Made by a program: the position numbers and the translations under genes. DNA of 64,000 bases from Podarcis bocagei (taxonomy: Eukaryota): the NCBI GenBank assembly GCA_964188305.1, contig OZ076894.1. One strand, given 5' to 3'. Numbering within the stretch: position 1 is the first letter of the stretch; each line of letters begins with the position of its first letter. Under the pieces are notes generated by a model. It did not search any database, was not told the origin of the DNA, and saw only the letters and a program-made list of their open reading frames with translations. Below are positions 61,401 through 64,000 of the stretch, in pieces.

Positions 61401-63482
61401 ATAAACTTTTGAAACAAATCTACAGCTGAAAAGAAGATGGCACAGTAGACAGAGTGGACTCACCAGCAATGTGCATTGTAATGTGATGTACGCTATTTAA
61501 CATTTCAATATTCTACAAACTCGAACCAGAAGATCTATTTTGCCAGTGCTCACTATCTAATTAAATTACTGTGGGATTATAAACACACCGAGTGACATCT
61601 GACTCAAGCTAGAGGACTTTTGCTCTTGAAATGGGTTCTGGCTCTGTATGTATTGGTTCTGTTTCTGCACAGATCAACATTTGGAAACTTCCTGAGCTAT
61701 GCAGAGGCCTGTCCTAGCCTTCAGGGCACATGCACAGAGCTGCATAAGTCCCTGCCTTCCTGGTAAGCTCCTAAGATCTCAAATGTTGATCTGCCTAGGC
61801 ATACAAAAAGACCACGAAGTACTGTCTGTTACTGTGCCCTGAGACAGATGAGTCAGTCATCACATACTCCTGACAGGAACTGACCTTCTAAACTTATGCA
61901 ACTACATTGTAGAAAAGAAAAGCTTTAATTTAAAATAATATCAAGGTACCACTATGATTGTTTAATCTAAAAGCAATGAACCCATGTAGGTAAGAAAAGT
62001 TGTTTCAGCTCCCAATTGTAGCTTCATCCCAGATGGATCCCAATGGTTGCTAGGAAAAAGGAAATACAGCAAGGAAGATATGCCAGAGAAACAGAACACC
62101 TACAGATACAGGGAGAAGTCAAAATGGCCCAGAAGCAAATTAGAACCTCTACCAGCAAAATTACGAGAAATGAGGGAAGCAGCTGTCTGGCATGATGGCC
62201 GTAAGGATGTGCCACTCCACTGCCTTACCCCGCCAAGCCAGAACATATTAATACTGAATGGAAGCAGTCAATGGAGGCCAAACTGTACTTTAAGTGGCTT
62301 CTGCCTTGCAAATGACAGTGTTGTGCCTCTACTTTGACAACTACTAAAAAAAGGTAAAGGACCCCTGACAGTTAAGTCCAGTCGCAGACGACTCTGGGGT
62401 TGCGGTGCTCATCTCGCTTTACAGGCCGAAAGAGCCGGCGTTTTCCGCAGACAGTTTTTCCGGGTCATGTGGCCAGCATGACTAAGCTGCTTTTGGCGCA
62501 ATGGAACACCAAAACCAGAGCAGCGCATGGAAACGCCGTTTACCTTCCCGCCAGAGCGGTACCTATTTATCTACTTGCACTTTTTGGTGTTCTTTCGAAC
62601 TGCTAGGTTGGCAGGAGCTGGGACCGAGCAATGGGAGCTCACCCTGTCATGGGGATTCGAACCGCCGACCTTCTGATTGACAAGCCCAAGAGGCTCAGTG
62701 GTTTAGACCACAGCGCCACCTGCGTCCCTTTTAACAACTACTATATTCATGTTATTTCCCTCTGCCCACTGTAAACTCGCAACTATCATTCCTCAGCTAA
62801 GTATTGCTAGAATTTTGCAGTACGAGTTGTTTAAATTATCTGTTGAAACGCTACTGAGCTTGGAATCCAAAGAGCAACTTTGGGTTCACTCAGAGCCAAC
62901 CTATGGAATCTTTTACTTTTAACTTTTAAATGGCAGGTACTTCTTGCCGTATCAAACTGGTTTTGAAAATTTATCCAACAGACTTGCAATGCAAGCCTGG
63001 CAAGACACTGTTCAAAAAACACTACAGGCGAGACACTGTTCAAAAAACTGAAATCCAAAGCTCCCCTGGGAATGAGGATTGTTACGTAGTTCTTTAAATA
63101 CAGGGGTCTGGATTCAAAGGGAGAGAAATACAGTCTTAAGTAAATGAAGCAGAAAAGCTAAACATTAAATATATTCAAGGACAAAGTGTAAATGAAAGCA
63201 CTGTACGTGAGCGGATTCAAAGACTGATTCTGAGACTAACCATTTCTTAATTTTGTTACACCAGTATTTGAGTTTTTGAAACAATGGTTCCTTCTCAAAG
63301 TTAGAACATACTGTAATGCCATGCTCAAGAAGTAAAGAAACATGTTACCTATTCTTGTATCAGGATAAGGAATGTCATGTGGATGGGTGTAAAATGCTTC
63401 CAGCTCAAAAGGCTCCTTCTTGTGGAAAGTAATAACTTTTGAGAATGGAGCAGCGTGGTTTTTGCAGAACACTTCACATTCA
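52233..63482 (-). CDS. HSPA4L: Heat shock 70 kDa protein 4L (Hsp110/Apg-1), last 9 coding exons; gene begins beyond window end
   Basis: Exons join in phase; [45 protein letters not shown]-terminal [11 protein letters not shown]...HNGPM...EMDVD*; HSPA4L-PLK4 is a known syntenic pair. Confidence 0.96.
53247..53408 (-). CDS. HSPA4L: HSPA4L exon
   Basis: [18 protein letters not shown]...[15 protein letters not shown] (162 nt). Confidence 0.94.
54046..54165 (-). CDS. HSPA4L: HSPA4L exon
   Basis: [40 protein letters not shown] (120 nt). Confidence 0.94.
55657..55764 (-). CDS. HSPA4L: HSPA4L exon
   Basis: [36 protein letters not shown] (108 nt). Confidence 0.94.
57545..57890 (-). mobile_element. 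Sauria-type SINE, full length
   Basis: A/B boxes, ACCTTT tail, 12-bp TSD tttctttcagta. Confidence 0.92.
57956..58081 (-). CDS. HSPA4L: HSPA4L exon
   Basis: [42 protein letters not shown] (126 nt). Confidence 0.94.
58384..58521 (-). CDS. HSPA4L: HSPA4L exon
   Basis: [46 protein letters not shown] (138 nt). Confidence 0.92.
59042..59143 (-). CDS. HSPA4L: HSPA4L exon (acidic loop)
   Basis: [34 protein letters not shown] (102 nt). Confidence 0.9.
60970..61169 (-). CDS. HSPA4L: HSPA4L exon
   Basis: [41 protein letters not shown]... (200 nt). Confidence 0.94.
62347..62728 (-). mobile_element. Sauria-type SINE, full length
   Basis: A/B boxes, ACCTTT tail, TSD acaactacta. Confidence 0.92.
63349..63482 (-). 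CDS. HSPA4L: HSPA4L exon
   Basis: [44 protein letters not shown] (134 nt). Confidence 0.95.
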
Positions 63483-64000
63483 CTACAAAAAATAAAATAA
63501 TCTTTATACACCATACGAAAGTTTGCACACCATACAAGTTACAACAACAATAAAACACCAGGCATTTCAGAGTTTCATTCATGAGTTTCAGAGGTGCAGG
63601 TATTTTTATTTGCAGGCATTTTTATTTGCATGTGTTGACTCAAACTTAAAGAATTCAACTAATTCAACTATATCCTTTTCCCAGTTCTCCTGTAATATTA
63701 AGAGAGTTTGTGGAAAGAAAGAGGAGCAGATGTTATAAGAAAATCCTTGGTAGCTGCCCAAAAATTGTTGTCACTACTAACTTTACCTAGGAGGTGCAGG
63801 ATCTCATCTCAGGTATCATACTGAGATTTGGAGATGCTTGTGGTACATCTCCAAAGTCCAGCACAAGGTTAAGGTCAAGTCCCAATTCTCCTCCTGAGTT
63901 TGGAACCAAGAAGAAAAGAGCTTGGGTGCTCTCTTCCCAGTGATGCTAAGCTTCAGGGGTGCTCCAAGCACCTCTGATGCCCAGCATGGCTGTATTTCCC

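Noticed and set aside
61439-61840. Nested imperfect inverted repeats in an HSPA4L intron as a structured ncRNA
   Set aside because: No snoRNA boxes or miRNA-like stem recognised; more consistent with an old palindromic transposon remnant

Overview
Vertebrate genomic DNA. The Sauria-type SINEs, CR1, Penelope hairpin and Tigger/hAT MITEs point to a squamate, most likely a lacertid lizard. Three genes are resolvable exon by exon. (1) The 5' half of PLK4 on the minus strand (coding exons 1-5, 10793->1139), with a CpG-island promoter carrying CDE/CHR, CRE-like and NRF1-like sites. (2) An intact 25-exon, ~860-codon WD40-repeat gene of the WDR49/WDR95/WDR64/WDY family on the plus strand (17585-45870), head-to-head with PLK4. 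(3) The 3' half of HSPA4L on the minus strand (last 9 coding exons, 63482->52233), tail-to-tail with the WD40 gene. Two observations stand out. A second CpG island inside PLK4 intron 1 holds a near-perfect RFX X-box and an in-frame candidate alternative first coding exon ([12 protein letters not shown]|GT). The WD40 gene itself may be a duplicate (ohnolog) of Wdr95, which I recall lying beside the paralogue HSPH1, and it seems to be absent from the mammalian PLK4-HSPA4L interval. Exon boundaries were read by eye (GT/AG plus phase continuity). Homology and synteny statements come from memory, not from a database search.
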